NCBI GenBank assembly: GCA_902798675.1
Contig: CADBXQ010000007.1
Coordinates: 1 to 24,386 of the forward strand
Origin: Oscillospiraceae bacterium
GTDB lineage: Bacteria > Bacillota > Clostridia > Oscillospirales > Ruminococcaceae
Direction of reading: 5' to 3'
Length of the DNA stretch: 24,386 bases
The notes under the pieces were generated by a model. The model saw nothing but the letters and a program-made list of their open reading frames with translations, was not told where the DNA came from and did no database searches. The stretch's first letter is position 1. Each line of letters opens with the position of its first letter. A program made the position numbers and the translations under genes. This document shows, piece by piece, positions 21,930-24,386 of the stretch.

Positions 21930-21957
21930 ATCATATTCACACAAGCTATATTTATGA
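21930..21957 (-). promoter_or_regulatory. Weak sigmaE-like promoter candidate upstream of the PBP
   Basis: TCATAAA-N13-AATATGAT: spacer one base short and -10 begins with A instead of C. Confidence 0.25.
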
Positions 21958-22410
21958 AAAAAGATTGTTTATTGCGTCAATCAAGCTGTCCAAAATGTTT
22001 TTTGAATTTTCCTCATCAATTTCAATCGAGTTTCCCAAAGAACTGTTAACATAAATTATTTGATTGCTAGATTGCTTTTTCATTCCCCATTTTGCCTTAG
22101 CATATTCCTCTAAATTTGAATAGCCCATCTTTCTCTCAAGCTCACAGTTTAGTCTAATATATTCACTTTGCTGGATTTTATATTCTTTTTCAAGCGAATT
22201 CACCTCAAAAACCAGTTCGTTCATCCTAACCATGCTGAAAATCAAAAAAACAAGCAATCCCGAAATCATCAAAACAGCAAATATCGACCGGATCGGATTA
22301 AACCTTCGAGCCCTTCTAACTCTTTTGATTCTGGCAGGTTTTTTTTGCTCGCGCGGCAACGCATCCCTGCTATAGGCCAAATTTGTTTTGAACGTCATTT
22401 TAACAAGCAC
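21952..22410 (-). CDS. ftsL: Cell division protein FtsL-like
   Basis: Position between rsmH and the PBP. Basic N-terminus, one TM helix (SIFAVLMISGLLVFLIFSM), leucine coiled coil and LEEYAKAKWGM, a variant of the FtsL 'IE..A...LGM' motif. Start uncertain (GTG 22410 or ATG 22398). Confidence 0.75.
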   Translation of the reverse strand: MLVKMTFKTNLAYSRDALPREQKKPARIKRVRRARRFNPIRSIFAVLMISGLLVFLIFSMVRMNELVFEVNSLEKEYKIQQSEYIRLNCELERKMGYSNLEEYAKAKWGMKKQSSNQIIYVNSSLGNSIEIDEENSKNILDSLIDAINNLFS

Positions 22411-22432
22411 GCCTCCCCTTTTTAAATAAAAA

Positions 22433-23365
22433 TTAAAGCTTTTCTAAAATTCTCAATTTTGCGCTCTTGCTTCTTGGATTAGTTGCAATTTCCAAGTTGC
22501 TGGGTCTGATTGCCTTTTTATTTACTATTTTTGCGCGAGGAACATTCCCACACACACATATCGGAGATTTCGGAGGACACACACACCCCCTGCTCCAAAT
22601 TTTATATTTTTGCTTAACCAGCCGATCCTCAAGCGAATGAAAGGTTATCACCACAAGCCTCCCCCCGGCTTTTAGCAGCTCAAACGAAGCCTCAAGCCCG
22701 ATTTCCAGGCTTTCCAGCTCGCCATTAACAGCAATTCGAATTGCTTGAAAACTTTTTTTACACGGATTTTTTCTTCTTCGAAATTTTGCAGGGATAGAAA
22801 ATTTTATTATATTTGCTAAATCCAGGGTTGTTTGGATTAATTTTTGAGACCTTCTTTTAACAATGCTTGAAGCTATAGACCTTGCAAACCTCTCCTGGCC
22901 ATATTTTTTCAAAATCTCAATTAATTCTTCTTCGGAAAATTTATTGACAATTTCAGCCGCCGTCACCCCCTGTTTGCTCATGCGCATGTCTAAAGCGCCG
23001 TCATGTCTATATGAAAAACCTCTTTTTGGATTATCAAGCTGATATGAAGAAACTCCCAAGTCTATTAAAATTCCGTCAACCTCGCGAATTTCCCTGGCTT
23101 CAAGGCGCTTTTTCATCTCGCAAAAATTTGAATTTATAACAAAAGCCGGAAACGAAGAGAGCCTTTTTTTTGAAACCAAAACAGCATCGGGATCCCTGTC
23201 AAACGCAAACAGCTTCCCACTTTCAAGCTTTTTTGCGATCTCAATTGAATGGCCAGCGCCTCCAACCGTTGCGTCAACATATATCCCTTCAGGCTTGATT
23301 TCTAGACCTTCAACACACTCCTTTAGCAAAACAGGATTGTGAGAAAAAATCTCAATTTTTTTCAT
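22433..23365 (-). CDS. rsmH: 16S rRNA m4C1402 methyltransferase
   Basis: H.PVLL, YVDATVGGAGHS, DLGVSSYQLD...RGFSY, LDMRM, FQAIRIAVN.EL, ITFHSLEDR and NPRSKSAKLR motifs. Confidence 0.97.
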   Translation of the reverse strand: MKKIEIFSHNPVLLKECVEGLEIKPEGIYVDATVGGAGHSIEIAKKLESGKLFAFDRDPDAVLVSKKRLSSFPAFVINSNFCEMKKRLEAREIREVDGILIDLGVSSYQLDNPKRGFSYRHDGALDMRMSKQGVTAAEIVNKFSEEELIEILKKYGQERFARSIASSIVKRRSQKLIQTTLDLANIIKFSIPAKFRRRKNPCKKSFQAIRIAVNGELESLEIGLEASFELLKAGGRLVVITFHSLEDRLVKQKYKIWSRGCVCPPKSPICVCGNVPRAKIVNKKAIRPSNLEIATNPRSKSAKLRILEKL

Positions 23366-23392
23366 CCCCTTTCAAAAAAACCAAGCAGTTTG

Positions 23393-23812
23393 TTAAAAAT
23401 CAAGATCGTCCATAATTTTCGTTATAGATTCTGGAGACAACCTGTCAAATTCTTTTTTCCAAGCCGCCTCATTCCAGATCTCAGCGTGGTCTGAAGCTCC
23501 AACAACAACAATATTTCTTTCAAGCTGGGCATATTCTCTCAAAGTGGGAGATATGACAATTCGTCCTTGTTTATCCGGAACAACTTCAATCGCTCCAGAA
23601 AAGAAAAATCGCTCGATATCGCGCCTTTTGTTTCGAGGAAGGTTTTTAATGCTGCTTTCTAATCTAAACCATTCTTGCAACGAGTATACATTCAAACAGC
23701 GATCAAATCCACGAGTCACGATAAACCGGTCTCCAAAAACTTCCCTCATTCTAGACGGGAAATTAAGGCGTCCTTTGGCGTCAATTAAATGACTATGTTC
23801 CCCAATCAACAC
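23393..23812 (-). CDS. mraZ: Division/cell wall cluster transcriptional repressor MraZ
   Basis: Two SpoVT/AbrB-like repeats (DAKGRL, DKQGRI) and LTRGFD-like VTRGFD; 139 aa; GTG start after GGGAGG; first gene of the dcw cluster. Confidence 0.96.
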   Translation of the reverse strand: MLIGEHSHLIDAKGRLNFPSRMREVFGDRFIVTRGFDRCLNVYSLQEWFRLESSIKNLPRNKRRDIERFFFSGAIEVVPDKQGRIVISPTLREYAQLERNIVVVGASDHAEIWNEAAWKKEFDRLSPESITKIMDDLDF

Positions 23813-23857
23813 ACAAAAGACCTCCCTTTAAAACAAGCATAGCGAGAATCGATCCAA

Positions 23858-23891
23858 CCACCCTAACCCACTTCAAACCAACGCAAACCAA
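23858..23891 (-). promoter_or_regulatory. MraZ operator: four KTGG boxes at exact 10-bp period
   Basis: Minus strand TTGG-N6-TTGG-N6-GTGG-N6-GTGG immediately downstream of the -10 element, matching the known GTGG-N6 MraZ repeat architecture. Confidence 0.8.
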
Positions 23892-23919
23892 TTATAACCC
23901 AAGCAAATAAAAAAATCAA
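23891..23919 (-). promoter_or_regulatory. sigmaA promoter of the dcw operon
   Basis: TTGATT-N17-TATAAT. Confidence 0.8.
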
Positions 23920-24314
23920 TAGCAAAAAAGCTCGAAAACTTTAAACTCAAAAAACAAAATGTATAATCAAATGATTAACATACCAACTGTAACAAAAAAA
24001 CGAAGCCTACCAATCCGCAATACTTCCCTGTTTCATCAGCTTTTATTGAGGTTTGGATCACAAGATAAATTAAAAATTATTTTTTTTAATATTTTATTTT
24101 TATTTTTAAAACCCAGTTTCACCAAGCAACTTCACGCTTGAATTCAAAATTTAAAAATAATGCTGGATACTAGTGTATTTTTTGGCTAAAATCCCAATTT
24201 AGCTAATTTGCAGGAAATTGATCGATAGATTCGCATATTTTCGAAAAATTAATCATACACCTAGTAATACTTGATTTGCATCAAAAAATTAAACCTATCG
24301 TGGCAAATATTGGT

Positions 24315-24350
24315 TTGACATATGACAAATTAACGTGTAAAATGTAGAAT
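24315..24350 (+). promoter_or_regulatory. Divergent, overlapping tandem sigmaA promoters for a gene beyond the window end
   Basis: TTGACA(24315)-N17-TAAAAT and ATGACA(24322)-N17-TAGAAT. Confidence 0.6.
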
Positions 24351-24386
24351 GTGTTTGCTTTTTGAGCTTGAAAAATTTAGCGGCAA

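Noticed and set aside
22549-22590. (CA)n microsatellite-like runs
   Set aside because: They simply encode the CVC...CVC cysteine motif of RsmH.
24030-24045. CTGATGA on the minus strand, resembling a hammerhead ribozyme core
   Set aside because: No stem II followed by GAAA downstream, and flanking stems are missing.

Overview
AT-rich (about 35-40% GC by eye) chromosomal segment of a Clostridia-type firmicute. Gene order and protein signatures suggest Oscillospirales (Ruminococcaceae/Acutalibacteraceae-like); this is inference. Every supported gene is on the minus strand. In transcription order: mraZ-rsmH-ftsL-[class B PBP, spoVD/ftsI]-murE-murF-mraY-spoVE/ftsW-murG-[murA]-ftsQ/divIB-ftsZ (dcw cluster without murD, murC, murB, ftsA or sepF), then a DivIVA-like coiled-coil gene, an RpiR regulator, an HI0933 flavoprotein, cmk, plsC, an ispH-rpsA fusion, folT and a [SERCA-like P-type Ca2+-ATPase] that runs off the window start. 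No rRNA, tRNA, CRISPR or mobile element is seen. The main observation concerns the three bracketed genes. Each carries one clean deletion that removes an essential element, while the rest of each frame is stop-free and the other genes look intact, including across 8-9 nt homopolymers. The PBP lacks its start and membrane anchor. murA lacks about 13-15 codons including the MR(A/S)S motif. The ATPase lacks about 28 codons including the P-domain TGD motif. All three families have sporulation-linked or redundant roles in spore formers, and each gene is preceded by a weak CATA-type (sigmaE/sigmaK-like) promoter candidate. The best hypothesis is a very recent, selective collapse of the sporulation programme. 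Assembly artefact is the alternative and must be excluded with reads.
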